Virus record (IMG/VR): IMGVR_UViG_3300048861_000178
Coordinates: 96,001-160,000 of that record
Source: a virus
Taxonomy: Duplodnaviria; Caudoviricetes
Reading direction: 5' to 3' (one strand)
DNA length: 64,000 nucleotides
Shown: positions 37,837 to 47,747 of the stretch, one piece after another
Numbering within the stretch: position 1 is the stretch's first letter
Layout of the letters: each line of letters opens with the position of its first letter
The notes under the pieces: generated by a model
Told to the model about the DNA's origin: nothing
Database searches by the model: none
The model's input: only the letters and a program-made list of their open reading frames with translations
Program-made: the position numbers and the translations under genes

Positions 37837-38628
37837 TTACGCGTTGGTCTGCGTGATGACCCAGAAGTCCTCAGCGAGTTCCGGATTCATCATGTACTCG
37901 TAGGGCAACCAGAACGAACCGCGCTCCTTCGAACCCGGCCAAGCCGGAGGATAGATTTCATTCCAGGAGTTGCGCACGAGAAATGCTTGCTTGGCGTCAT
38001 CGTAACCCACGCACAAGACAGCGTGCCCGCCTTGACAGGTTTCATTGGTGCGCGGCATCGGCACCACACCCGAGGCGATCGTCTCTTGCGACTCGAATGA
38101 GTCGAACACCATGATGCCGATCAGAATCGGCCGATTGAGCACCGCCAGCACGTGCTTAAAGGCCGTGAGGTCTTGCGGGACGGCTTCGTACTTCAGTGCC
38201 CGATGCTGCAAGGCTTCGGTGTACGCTTCGAGCGAGGGCTTCTGACGAAACGCCCGTTCGTTGTAGGGCCAGGTGGTTTCGAGCGGTGCCCCGTACTGAG
38301 CGGCAGCCTTCACCACGTCACGAATCTGACCACCCGAATCCTGATCGACCGTGCCTTCCAGATTACGCTCGTTCCAGTACAGGAAGAGCCGCGAGAGTGG
38401 CACAGCGTTGTGATTGTTGTTCTGGATGTTCTGTTCGTATTCGAGTGCCCCGGCGCAGGCGTTAGCCGTGCAGCTACCGAGCTGATCTTGATCGAACACT
38501 GGACCGAGATAAGGCGTCAAGTCCGCTTTGGGCGGAATGAGGGCCGCCCCGAAGGTCTTGTGGCCATAGTAAACGAAGTCGCGCGGATCATGCGTCTTGC
38601 GTTTACGCTTGTACTTACTGTTACTCAT
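37837..38628 (-). CDS. Papain-like cysteine protease (peptidase C1A, bacterial type)
   Basis: DQDQLGSCTANA (catalytic Cys), GGHAVLCVGY (His), RNSW (Asn). Confidence 0.9.
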   Translation of the reverse strand: MSNSKYKRKRKTHDPRDFVYYGHKTFGAALIPPKADLTPYLGPVFDQDQLGSCTANACAGALEYEQNIQNNNHNAVPLSRLFLYWNERNLEGTVDQDSGGQIRDVVKAAAQYGAPLETTWPYNERAFRQKPSLEAYTEALQHRALKYEAVPQDLTAFKHVLAVLNRPILIGIMVFDSFESQETIASGVVPMPRTNETCQGGHAVLCVGYDDAKQAFLVRNSWNEIYPPAWPGSKERGSFWLPYEYMMNPELAEDFWVITQTNA

Positions 38629-38750
38629 GCTAACCCCTTTCGGTAGTGATCGAAGCGAAAAAATACACTTCATACGATCCGATATTTTTTTACTTACCGA
38701 AAAAGATTACGCACCTATATTACTGCTATGTCATCAATCAGGAGAACTGT

Positions 38751-39158
38751 ATGGCCAACGACCAGATCATGCCCAACGCGCCCGCAAGCATGGGACAGCT
38801 TGACGCAATCTTTGCCTTTCTCGAGCCGCAGACGGACCCCACACGCAAGTCCCACATGTTCAAGCTCGCCCGCGAGTGGGTCGCCCAAGAGCTCGGCCTC
38901 TATGGCAAGAGCTACAACACCGATGCAGTCGAGTGCACGCTGGAGCTACAAAAGGTCAAGGCGGTGTTTGACTTTCACGGGGAAGATGCCGAGATGCTGG
39001 CCTATCAGTTAAAGCTCAGCCTCGTCGGTGAAGAACCGCATCACCCTGCGGTGGAAGTGGATGCGCTTTTCATCATCAATGCGCAAGGCGTGGTGGATAA
39101 CCTCGTGCTCTCTAAAGCTGCGAATTTAAGCGACGATGAGCAACCCAAATTGGCCTAG
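38751..39158 (+). CDS. Hypothetical early protein
   Basis: TATATTAC at 38716, AGGAG RBS. Confidence 0.65.
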   Translation: MANDQIMPNAPASMGQLDAIFAFLEPQTDPTRKSHMFKLAREWVAQELGLYGKSYNTDAVECTLELQKVKAVFDFHGEDAEMLAYQLKLSLVGEEPHHPAVEVDALFIINAQGVVDNLVLSKAANLSDDEQPKLA

Positions 39159-39221
39159 TAAATTTACATCTCACCGCTATCTTACGGTGTGTGTTGATTA
39201 ATAGTTCCAGAAAGGACCATC

Positions 39222-39515
39222 ATGAGTATCGCAATCGCCACGGGGTTGGCGACAGCCGTGTCTATCTCCGCCATGTCGACGCCGATTCACGGCTCGCACG
39301 CAGGACCGGTCATCTGGCAGGGCACGATGCTGTTGTTGTTCCTGCCGCTGCTGATCGCGCTTAATCTCGCTTGGAATCGTATCCCGCTCTTTGAGCATAC
39401 GCCCCAGCAGAAGCGGCAAGCACGCTATTGGCGCCGTGTGATGTACGCCCTGGTCACGCTCTATATCGTCATCGGCGCGGCACTGATGATCCTTCTTGTG
39501 ATTCTCGGGATTTAA
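39222..39515 (+). CDS. Membrane protein
   Basis: Two to three hydrophobic segments. Confidence 0.6.
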   Translation: MSIAIATGLATAVSISAMSTPIHGSHAGPVIWQGTMLLLFLPLLIALNLAWNRIPLFEHTPQQKRQARYWRRVMYALVTLYIVIGAALMILLVILGI

Positions 39516-39526
39516 CAACAAAGAAA

Positions 39527-40606
39527 ATGGAATCTCTTCTCTATCTGCTCGCCTTAAGTGGCGGGTTCACGGCAGGCGCGCTCTTTTGGCATCGTAAGAA
39601 GTTTGAGCGCACTGCCTTGATTGTGCTGGCGGTGGTGGGGCCACTGGTAGTACTGATCGGCTACGGGAGCGTACTCTTTCACAATCGGGTCGACACCGAA
39701 GTGTGGAATGGCGAGGTGACCAAAAAGTATTCGGAGCATGTGTCCTGTGAACACAGCTATTCGTGCAACTGTCGCACTCAAGGCAAGACCACGACCTGTG
39801 ACACCTGTTACGAGCACGCTTACGATGTCGACTGGAAGGTCGAGAACACCGCAGGCAACGACATCACGATCCGCCGGATCGATGGGCAAGGTGTATATGA
39901 GCCGCCGCGCTGGACCCAGATTCAAATCGGTGACCCGGTGGCGCAAACCCATCGCTTTATCAACTACGTGATGGGGGCGAAAGATTCGCTCTTTAACACG
40001 CACGACCAGAAGACCCTGATTGGCCAGTACAAGTCGATGATCCCGACCTATCCGGACGGCATCTACGACTACTACAAGCTCAGACGTGTCTTGCTAGTGG
40101 GTAACGTCGGCGTGGATGAGCTCACCCTTAATGCGTGGAATCAGCAGCTTGCGTTGATGCTGCGCCCACTTGGACCGAGGAAACAAGTCAATGTCATCCT
40201 TGTGCTTACGGCTATTCAAGATCCTAATTTTGCCAATGCTCTTCGAGCGGCTTGGTTGGGCGGCAAGAAAAACGATGTGGTCGCGGTTATCGGCACGAGT
40301 CACTATCCGACAGTCGATTGGGCCCGTGTCTTTAGTTGGTCGGATAACGAAGCCTTCAAGATTCAGTTGGCTGACGCGCTCCAAGACAAAGGCACGCTTG
40401 ACCCTGTCGATACGACGGCGTTAATCGGTGGCTGGATTAACCGCGACTTTCAGCGCAAGCACATGAAGGACTTTAGCTATCTCGCTTGGGAGTCCACCCC
40501 TTCGATGTCGGCCTGCGTCATCATTGCGGTGCTCTCACTGGCCGCTACAGCCGGGGGCATCATTCTCTTTCTCAACAAACCGCGCCGTCGGCGCTATCGC
40601 TACTAA
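39527..40606 (+). CDS. Membrane-anchored protein with Cys-rich motif and TPM-like domain
   Basis: 2 N-terminal TM, CEHSYSCNC...CDTCYEH, GGKKNDVVAVIG, C-terminal TM + poly-Arg. Confidence 0.6.
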   Translation: MESLLYLLALSGGFTAGALFWHRKKFERTALIVLAVVGPLVVLIGYGSVLFHNRVDTEVWNGEVTKKYSEHVSCEHSYSCNCRTQGKTTTCDTCYEHAYDVDWKVENTAGNDITIRRIDGQGVYEPPRWTQIQIGDPVAQTHRFINYVMGAKDSLFNTHDQKTLIGQYKSMIPTYPDGIYDYYKLRRVLLVGNVGVDELTLNAWNQQLALMLRPLGPRKQVNVILVLTAIQDPNFANALRAAWLGGKKNDVVAVIGTSHYPTVDWARVFSWSDNEAFKIQLADALQDKGTLDPVDTTALIGGWINRDFQRKHMKDFSYLAWESTPSMSACVIIAVLSLAATAGGIILFLNKPRRRRYRY

Positions 40607-40623
40607 AAAGGAAGTAACAGAAC

Positions 40624-41220
40624 ATGGCAACCACACAAAACAGCAGCACCAATAAGACGCTGGTCTTCGCGCTCCTGGGCGTACTTGGCGTCATCGTCCT
40701 GGCCGTCATGGTGGTCGGCGGCACGCTAGTCGGCGCGTACAACTCCGGTAACCGTTTCGAGCAACACATCGACGCGGTCTACCAGAACAACCAGAACATC
40801 CTGTCCAACTACACGCAGAAGGTTCAGGAAGCCGCGCAGGTGACCGACATGCAGAAGTCGGACATCAAGGAAGTGATTACGGCGGCGCTCCAAAACCGCT
40901 ATGGCAAGGATGGCGCCAAAGCGGTGTTCCAGGCGATTCACGAACAGAACCCGCAGATCGACTCGAGCGTCTATCGCAAGCTCCAGGAAATCATCCAGGC
41001 AGGGCGCGATGAGTTTCAGAACAACCAGACGGCGCTCATCGATGCCACACGCTCCTACAAGACAGCACTCGGTTCATTCCCTGGTGGGGTGGCGATGCAT
41101 ATCGTCGGCTACCCGCATCTGGACCTGGACAAGTACAAGCCGCTCGTGGACGGGGACGTTTCGAAGCAATTTGCTACTGGCAAGTCGCACGCCGTTAATC
41201 TCCGACCCGCCTCGCAATAA
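40624..41220 (+). CDS. LemA-like membrane-anchored helical protein
   Basis: N-terminal TM then YN..., helical body ending Y...LGSFPG. Confidence 0.55.
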   Translation: MATTQNSSTNKTLVFALLGVLGVIVLAVMVVGGTLVGAYNSGNRFEQHIDAVYQNNQNILSNYTQKVQEAAQVTDMQKSDIKEVITAALQNRYGKDGAKAVFQAIHEQNPQIDSSVYRKLQEIIQAGRDEFQNNQTALIDATRSYKTALGSFPGGVAMHIVGYPHLDLDKYKPLVDGDVSKQFATGKSHAVNLRPASQ

Positions 41221-41221
41221 C

Positions 41222-41416
41222 ATGCTGAACGATCCACTCAGTAAGCTTCGCGCCAAGCAACAGAAAGGCATCGAAGCGGCGGTACGGGACAAGCTCAAGC
41301 ATTCCAATCGCGATCCGCACAACGGCCCCATCATCCGCTTCGCCCTAGGGGTGATGGCGACGGTCGTTGCTATCTGTGGCGTAGTGGGCTACGCCATCTA
41401 CCACTTCATGAAGTAA
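41222..41416 (+). CDS. Small membrane protein
   Basis: C-terminal TM helix. Confidence 0.55.
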   Translation: MLNDPLSKLRAKQQKGIEAAVRDKLKHSNRDPHNGPIIRFALGVMATVVAICGVVGYAIYHFMK

Positions 41417-41428
41417 GAGGAGCACGTA

Positions 41429-41971
41429 GTGCGTATTCAGAATTGTGGCATGGAAACGCCGCTGGAGAAGCAATTCTTCACGCGGCTCTTGCTAGACATC
41501 GAGCGTCGTGAGCTGCCCGATTGCGGCCTCTATTTCACGAACGGTGCACTGCAGTGGAATGGCAAGCCCATCGAGACGCTCTCGTGCAAGCTGGCCGAAG
41601 AAGGTCGTGAGCTGCATGCGTTTGCCGCCGCCAAGCAAGGCGCGCCCAATGGCATCGTGCTGATGGTGGTCATGATGCTCAACGGTGAAGCCAAGTGGTC
41701 GCAAGAGTGGGCCGTGGACATGAAACGCATTGCCAATATCTCCTTCGAACTGGTCAAGCGTTTTCTCGAACTCACGGGTCACATCAAGACCGACCGTCAA
41801 GGCATCGAGCTGATGTATCCAGCCTATGGCCTGCGCGTACCGGAATTGGTGGTACCTGAGCCCAATACCATCGATCCGAACCGGGTCAAGTCCTACGCCA
41901 GCACGCCGCTACCGGATGTGCCTGAAGACGACGATCCTCAGTCCAACGAAGGCGCGCCTCATCCTGTGTGA
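41429..41971 (+). CDS. Hypothetical protein
   Basis: GAGGAG RBS. Confidence 0.6.
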   Translation: MRIQNCGMETPLEKQFFTRLLLDIERRELPDCGLYFTNGALQWNGKPIETLSCKLAEEGRELHAFAAAKQGAPNGIVLMVVMMLNGEAKWSQEWAVDMKRIANISFELVKRFLELTGHIKTDRQGIELMYPAYGLRVPELVVPEPNTIDPNRVKSYASTPLPDVPEDDDPQSNEGAPHPV

Positions 41972-41990
41972 GGAAACAAGGAGCGCGAAT

Positions 41991-42416
41991 ATGGCAGCAG
42001 GTTTTTGGAGCAAGGTGCCGCGTGACGGCTCCTTGGTGGCAACCGATGTGGCAAGCTTTTGGAACGATCTGATTACGTACTCGGATCAGACCACGCTGAC
42101 AGGCTGGCAGGCACGGGACAGTTATTACCGTTTCGTCTCGTTTGCGCAGCGTAAGTTTGCTGAGCACAACCAGGTCTTAACGCCCGAGCAGTTCGTCATG
42201 TACTACACGAGTGATCCGTCGCTGGACCTCGCTGTGATTGCGTCGGCTGTCGCGTTGGATGCCACTGCGCTTAAGCAACCACGCTATGCACGGATGTCGT
42301 ACAAGCTCGATCCGACGAGCGGCATGATTGCGGACTTTGGTGTGCATCTGTTTTCCCGCTGGACCTTTGGCAGCGTAGGGGTGGTGCATCCTGCCCCGTC
42401 AGTACCCTACGAGTAA
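41991..42416 (+). CDS. Hypothetical protein
   Basis: AAGGAG RBS; hairpin-TTATGCCG at ~42420-42450. Confidence 0.65.
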   Translation: MAAGFWSKVPRDGSLVATDVASFWNDLITYSDQTTLTGWQARDSYYRFVSFAQRKFAEHNQVLTPEQFVMYYTSDPSLDLAVIASAVALDATALKQPRYARMSYKLDPTSGMIADFGVHLFSRWTFGSVGVVHPAPSVPYE

Positions 42417-42479
42417 CACCGAGAGGACCTTCGGGTCCTCTCTTATGCCGGTCAATTTTTTACCCTCAGCACTTATGAG

Positions 42480-43082
42480 ATGGCAAAAAATTTCGGAGCA
42501 GGTAGCATGATTGCAGTAACTCAAGAAGAAGCCGAGAAGATTAAATCCTGGATTGTGCGTGCTGCTAAGCTGCGCGCTAGGGATGTCGGCAAAGATCAAT
42601 ACACGCATCGCCAGTACCGCGACCAGATTACCCGCGAATACTACGGCATAAAACTCTACCGCGAGCTGTGCACTTATCTGAAGGAAGGCTTTTGCCCCAC
42701 ACGGATCAAAGCCAGTAAGAGCGGCGGTGTGTACGACTTGCGCTCGGTGCAAGGAGAAACCCATTCGTACCAGGAGATTTTGAATCTCCTAGGCCCCTTC
42801 TGTAAGAACGAGGCAACTCAGCTAAAACTCGCTCGCAAGATGGACGAGATGGGGGAGGTCCAGTTTGAAGGTATGGCGAACCTGCGAGCCCGCAACGCCG
42901 CCTGGCGGATCGGGCGTGACATCTTCGATCGTGTCTTTGTGGTGCTGTTTGACTTCCCTGCTGGCCAGCGTGTCACGCGCGAGCATCGTGCCTGCGCGCG
43001 CCTGAATCTGGATGTGACGGCCGCGGGACTCATTCGGGGCATGGAAATCTATCGGACCACCGTCCAGACTGAAGAGACTTAG
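42480..43082 (+). CDS. Hypothetical protein
   Basis: 200-aa ORF; hairpin-TTTATGCCG at ~43086-43114. Confidence 0.6.
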   Translation: MAKNFGAGSMIAVTQEEAEKIKSWIVRAAKLRARDVGKDQYTHRQYRDQITREYYGIKLYRELCTYLKEGFCPTRIKASKSGGVYDLRSVQGETHSYQEILNLLGPFCKNEATQLKLARKMDEMGEVQFEGMANLRARNAAWRIGRDIFDRVFVVLFDFPAGQRVTREHRACARLNLDVTAAGLIRGMEIYRTTVQTEET

Positions 43083-43166
43083 CACGACGGGACTTCGGTC
43101 CCGTCTTTATGCCGGATAGTGTTTTTGACCGCACTGACCCATCAATTGAAATAGGGAGGAAGTACC

Positions 43167-43634
43167 ATGAAAATCGAACGCGCAGCGTTTTACAGTTGGG
43201 TCGAAGATAGGCTCTTGTACGAGCTCAAGCAGATCAAGAGCGAAGCGGTGAGTGCGTTGAAGCTCACCTATACGCACGTCGAAAGTCATCCGTGCCTGGT
43301 TATTCAGGCCACCGAGACGCAAGCCATTATCCGCATCTGGCAAACGAACGACGAGTGGGATGCGATCAAGATCGCCATCACTCGGGTAGCTAAAACATGG
43401 ACGACGCGCCAGGCCTTCTTCTTCCGAGTGCCGACACTCTCGCTCCCGGCCTGGGGTACGCACCATTTGGCTAAGTGGTTGGTGATCGTGGCGGAGCACA
43501 TCACTCGCGACGACACCGACGAAGTTTTCATGTCGAAGATGCGCGAACTCGTGGAACTCACGGAAAACGAATCGCCTGTTGCCGCGCAGTTCGGCGAGTT
43601 CGATCACTTCGATAACCGAGAGCAGTACGTTTAA
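43167..43634 (+). CDS. Hypothetical protein (paralog of 43650-44111)
   Basis: Shared A.WLV.V......DTD..F..K...L.E. Confidence 0.65.
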   Translation: MKIERAAFYSWVEDRLLYELKQIKSEAVSALKLTYTHVESHPCLVIQATETQAIIRIWQTNDEWDAIKIAITRVAKTWTTRQAFFFRVPTLSLPAWGTHHLAKWLVIVAEHITRDDTDEVFMSKMRELVELTENESPVAAQFGEFDHFDNREQYV

Positions 43635-43649
43635 ACAGGAGAGTACAGC

Positions 43650-44111
43650 ATGCAGATCCGCCAGTCCAGTCTGATTCAATTCGGTAATATCTTGGTCCGT
43701 AACATGGTCGCTGCGGGCGAGCAGGATCAGGATATGAAGTATTCGCTGGACTACATGCATTCGCGCTACGATAGCAAGAAGGTCTTGACTCTTATCTCGC
43801 CTGAGACTGGCGGGATGGTGCTCCTGGGTCACGAAGAGCCGCACGCGCCATTTACGATTACCATCACCGCTAATCGCGTGGTGCCGGGCGACACCCTCTG
43901 CTGGTGGGCGGAACTGCCGCAGATGGGAATTCGTCAGTCCCAGCGTTTTGCCCAGTGGCTGGTGGGCGTGTTTAAGATGTTGAGCTGGATGGATACCGAC
44001 GACCAGTTCAAAGACAAGATCAATCAGCTTTTTGAAGACTGCAAGCCACTCGAGATTCAGTTCGCGGCACGGCAGTTTAAAACTTTCCAACATCAGTTGT
44101 TCGACATCTAG
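43650..44111 (+). CDS. Hypothetical protein (paralog of 43167-43634)
   Basis: Same shared motif; AGGAG RBS. Confidence 0.65.
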   Translation: MQIRQSSLIQFGNILVRNMVAAGEQDQDMKYSLDYMHSRYDSKKVLTLISPETGGMVLLGHEEPHAPFTITITANRVVPGDTLCWWAELPQMGIRQSQRFAQWLVGVFKMLSWMDTDDQFKDKINQLFEDCKPLEIQFAARQFKTFQHQLFDI

Positions 44112-44113
44112 CA

Positions 44114-44617
44114 ATGAACATTCAAAACGCACAAATCATCACGACCATGCACCGGTTGCTCACCGACTTGCAGCTGCGTCACATCGGGGGTGACCTCTTC
44201 GTGGAGTCGGCGATGCCGCCGATCCTCTCGCGTACGCCGTTGGGACCGAGCTTTATCCTCTTTGACATGGAGCGTCGTTTTGCGGTCTCCATTCAGGAGA
44301 AGATCGAGTTCTTGAACAACCGCTACCAGGTCACGGGCTTGCTCTTCTCGCCGATCATCTTCGCCGAAACCGCTTCGGTGCATACACCTGAGCCGAGCCG
44401 GGTGCTGTTGCTCAAGCACAGCGAAATCAAGGAGATGTCGCTTCTCACCGCGTACTGGTTCTTGCGCGCCAAGAGCGACATGGGCAAAAAGGCGGTCGAG
44501 CAGTTCCTGAAGACCACCTACGGCGACATCGCACCCGTGCAGTGGGGCAACATGGCCGAACCCATGGAAGACATGGAGCGGTTCCTGCGCACCCTCAAGG
44601 TTCCCGTCGCCGCTTAA
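44114..44617 (+). CDS. Hypothetical protein
   Basis: Operonic. Confidence 0.6.
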   Translation: MNIQNAQIITTMHRLLTDLQLRHIGGDLFVESAMPPILSRTPLGPSFILFDMERRFAVSIQEKIEFLNNRYQVTGLLFSPIIFAETASVHTPEPSRVLLLKHSEIKEMSLLTAYWFLRAKSDMGKKAVEQFLKTTYGDIAPVQWGNMAEPMEDMERFLRTLKVPVAA

Positions 44618-44628
44618 GGAGAGTCGTG

Positions 44629-44991
44629 ATGTATGTGTTGCGTTTTAAGCGTCACAAGCGAAACCCCTTGTACCTGACTGTAGCGGAACATAGTCGGGAC
44701 TGGGATCTCACGGTACACGTGGGTCATGCACGGGCCTTCGGGTCAGTGGAAGCAGTTAAGCAGACCATCGAAGCGATTCAACGGCTCGTTATCCCGAAGG
44801 ACGTCTTCGCGTTCAATGAGCGCACGCTCTTTCTGATCCGACTCTTTGGATCGACCTGGGATGACCAGGTGGAAGGAATGCTGGTGGACATGGACGACGT
44901 TATCAAGGCCCAGGTTGTGCACACGCACGCGCTCACTGTCCAGGAGACCGTGCGCTTGCGCAATCCGATCTGGGAGACACACTACGCCTAG
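44629..44991 (+). CDS. Hypothetical protein
   Basis: AAGGAG RBS. Confidence 0.6.
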   Translation: MYVLRFKRHKRNPLYLTVAEHSRDWDLTVHVGHARAFGSVEAVKQTIEAIQRLVIPKDVFAFNERTLFLIRLFGSTWDDQVEGMLVDMDDVIKAQVVHTHALTVQETVRLRNPIWETHYA

Positions 44992-45000
44992 GAGACAGCG

Positions 45001-45345
45001 ATGAGCCTGATGATGTACGTGAATGAGGAGATTGACGAGCGTCGTGGGCTAGAGTACATCCGTCGAAACTGTGTCAGTAGTGCCGTGTTTCATCAAGTGT
45101 TAGGTCATGTGTGGGCTGGTCAGTCCAAAGCGCGGGAATTCACTCCGCGCGGAGAACTTCACTTTGACATCGCGTTCGAGCTCGTTTACACCGGTAAAGA
45201 GAATCGCCGCATCGTTCGAGTGCGACAAGTGACTGCCCCGTCCACTCAGAAGCGTTTTACAGTACACCACCTTTCAACCTTTCTCATCACGCTCGATCCG
45301 CAAGGTTGTATTGATGGGGCGTACTTCGATAGTCTGAAAGATTAA
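45001..45345 (+). CDS. Hypothetical protein
   Basis: AGGAG RBS. Confidence 0.6.
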   Translation: MSLMMYVNEEIDERRGLEYIRRNCVSSAVFHQVLGHVWAGQSKAREFTPRGELHFDIAFELVYTGKENRRIVRVRQVTAPSTQKRFTVHHLSTFLITLDPQGCIDGAYFDSLKD

Positions 45346-45366
45346 CCGGCTTACCTCAGGAAGATC

Positions 45367-45723
45367 ATGCCAGTTAGAGAGACCAAAAGGTCCAAGAAAG
45401 TCATTATCGCCCTCGTCGTGGTACTGGTGGCGATAACGTTGTTGGCGATGAAGTATCACCGGTACACCCAGTTTAAGTATGCGGTGACGCATCAGTACGA
45501 CAGTGTGGAGGCGGTACTGTCGGATGTGGAGAAACTGGGTGGCCAATTGGTGCACTGCCAAAGGGGTGAGTGCCGTGATCGCAAGAGCGGCAAGCGCGTA
45601 GACGTGGAGGAGCCAAGCGATGGCAACTACATTGTCTATCCCCCTGAGGCGGACGTACCGGCAGAAGTGATTGAGCATCAGAGTGAGGAGATTCGGCGCC
45701 TCACCGCGAGTCGTCACCTATAG
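45367..45723 (+). CDS. Single-pass membrane protein
   Basis: Basic N-terminus + TM helix. Confidence 0.6.
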   Translation: MPVRETKRSKKVIIALVVVLVAITLLAMKYHRYTQFKYAVTHQYDSVEAVLSDVEKLGGQLVHCQRGECRDRKSGKRVDVEEPSDGNYIVYPPEADVPAEVIEHQSEEIRRLTASRHL

Positions 45724-45869
45724 ACTTAGAGGCGGGCCTACGGGCTCGCCTTTATGACGTCGATTCTTTTTTGGTTCGATCCTAGATTTTTTCAAGTATA
45801 TATTCCGCGCATGAGTTCAAACCAGTATCGAACTCAAAACCCTCTACTAAATCCAACTAGGAGTTACAC

Positions 45870-46223
45870 GTGAGCAAATTCGAAATGGTCGTGACAGGTC
45901 TGATGGCGTACAGCTTTGCGTTCCACGTAGTCGTGTTGATGATCGGCGCGCTCGGACCGATGGAGCATCCGGCTACCGTTTGGTGTCGACGGGTGATGTT
46001 CATCGTCCCCACGCGGCGCATGTTGGAACTGTGGCAAGACATCGGGATTCCGCTGGCTTATTTTGCAGCTGCTGCGCTGCTGTTTCACTTCGGCTGGAAG
46101 GCAGCAGCCGTATTCACCTTCTTGGGTGCGATCGCTTGTCATGCACGTACCCTGCTGATGCGCATGAACCCGGCCCGCAACTTTAAACCGAAGCAACTGC
46201 ATCCGCTGTGCCACTGGATGTAA
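45870..46223 (+). CDS. Small membrane protein
   Basis: AGGAG RBS, GTG start, ~3 TM; promoter motif at 45799. Confidence 0.6.
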   Translation: MSKFEMVVTGLMAYSFAFHVVVLMIGALGPMEHPATVWCRRVMFIVPTRRMLELWQDIGIPLAYFAAAALLFHFGWKAAAVFTFLGAIACHARTLLMRMNPARNFKPKQLHPLCHWM

Positions 46224-46370
46224 GCGAGTAAGCATCAGGGGGCTTAGGCTCCCTGGTCTGGAATCTCTTTGAGCCCACCCAAAAGTGGATTGAAAAAGAT
46301 TTCAAACCTATATAACCGACCTGAACTGAAGCAAATAGCTTCTACCCAAACACCTGAAAGGAGCGTCACC

Positions 46371-46715
46371 ATGTTTGCAGCTATCATTTTCGCCATCATC
46401 GTTGTTGTCATGTTCTTTCTGGCCTTCATCCAAATGGGCCAGCATATTCGCCACCTCGGCCGCACGAGCGCTGCCGAAGCGGTGATCAAGAAGTTCGACA
46501 ACAGCGTTTTCGTTTTCTTCGTGCTGTCGATTCTTTTCGTCGTGCTCGGCATCGCGGGCGTGAGCGCCGGTTCGTTCCTGGCGGTCCTGCCGCTGGTGTT
46601 CTTCTCAGCCACTGCTGAAGTCTTCGGTGCTGAGATCCTGATGCTGATCGAAGCCAAGTACGTACTCTGGTACGATGCGAAGTTTGCTAACCAAGCAATC
46701 GCAACGTCCGCCTAA
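46371..46715 (+). CDS. Small membrane protein
   Basis: AAGGAG RBS; ~3 TM; promoter motif at 46309. Confidence 0.65.
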   Translation: MFAAIIFAIIVVVMFFLAFIQMGQHIRHLGRTSAAEAVIKKFDNSVFVFFVLSILFVVLGIAGVSAGSFLAVLPLVFFSATAEVFGAEILMLIEAKYVLWYDAKFANQAIATSA

Positions 46716-46733
46716 CTCTTAAAGGACTCCATC

Positions 46734-46913
46734 GTGGAAATCCTCGGTTTCCTGTTGTTCCTGATGCTCATCATCTTGGCGATTCCCGTGAGCGTTTGGC
46801 TCACGTTCCAAGTCGCTTTCTTCATGATTCACCTCGCCGTGGATTACATCGACTACACCGCCACGATGCTGTTCCGTGATGGCGTCATCTACGATTCGAC
46901 CGCGGTCGCTTAA
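46734..46913 (+). CDS. Small membrane protein (59 aa, absent from the ORF track)
   Basis: AAAGGA RBS, GTG start, EILGFLLFLMLIILAIPVSVWLTF. Confidence 0.6.
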   Translation: MEILGFLLFLMLIILAIPVSVWLTFQVAFFMIHLAVDYIDYTATMLFRDGVIYDSTAVA

Positions 46914-46940
46914 GCCCGCAATTATTACAGGACAACAATC

Positions 46941-47318
46941 ATGATCGTCCTCTTTGCCCTCTTTGTCATCGCAGCGCTGCTGCTCGTGCTCTTCGCTTTT
47001 AACATGGAAGAAGCCAAGAAACTGCTGGCGGTGCAATCGCAGGAATTCTGCGAGTCGTACATCGAGATCAAGAAAGTGCGCCTGGCTGCGAAGGGTCTGT
47101 CGGTGCAGATCGACAACGATCCGCTGCCCGATGCGAGCTACTTCATGATTGCTGCCGCGCTCGCTCTGGTGTGTGCGATGGGTGGGTTCTCGCTCATCTC
47201 GCTTTTCTTCACCTTCTGCTTTGCCTGCTGCTTCGCGGATTTCCTGGAACAACTCAAGGACATCCACCTGATTCGCTTCTGGCAAACGGGTCGTGGCTTG
47301 AACGTCGCGGCTGCTTAA
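46941..47318 (+). CDS. Small membrane protein
   Basis: TM - charged linker - TM hairpin. Confidence 0.65.
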   Translation: MIVLFALFVIAALLLVLFAFNMEEAKKLLAVQSQEFCESYIEIKKVRLAAKGLSVQIDNDPLPDASYFMIAAALALVCAMGGFSLISLFFTFCFACCFADFLEQLKDIHLIRFWQTGRGLNVAAA

Positions 47319-47347
47319 CCCACCTCACTGATTACAAGGAACCCATC

Positions 47348-47713
47348 ATGTCCGTCGCTCTCTTCGTCGCAGTTATTGCTCTTCTCATCCTCGTCATCGG
47401 CACGATCAAAGCGCGTGGCGCGATCGCGGCGTACAAGAAGTTCCTGAAGAAGGACGTAGCCGAACAAGCACGCGAAATCGAGCGCACCAAAGAACGCCTC
47501 TCGGTAGCGGGTTCGATCGACTTCGATCTGGGCTTCGCCTCGTTCTTCTTTGTGTTCGGCGTGTTCCTCGGTCTGGTGGGCTTTTACGGCGCCGCTGCGC
47601 TGTGTGTCTGGTATGCGGGTGATGCGACCTCGGCGCTGATCCGCAAGCTGCTCATGCAGCGCGTCGTGCGTCACAATGACGCTGTGGATCAAGCAGGCGT
47701 GTACGCGTACTAA
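47348..47713 (+). CDS. Small membrane protein
   Basis: TM - charged linker - TM hairpin; AAGGA RBS. Confidence 0.65.
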   Translation: MSVALFVAVIALLILVIGTIKARGAIAAYKKFLKKDVAEQAREIERTKERLSVAGSIDFDLGFASFFFVFGVFLGLVGFYGAAALCVWYAGDATSALIRKLLMQRVVRHNDAVDQAGVYAY

Positions 47714-47747
47714 GTCACTCACTCTTTCGTTGGTCTAGGAGAACATC

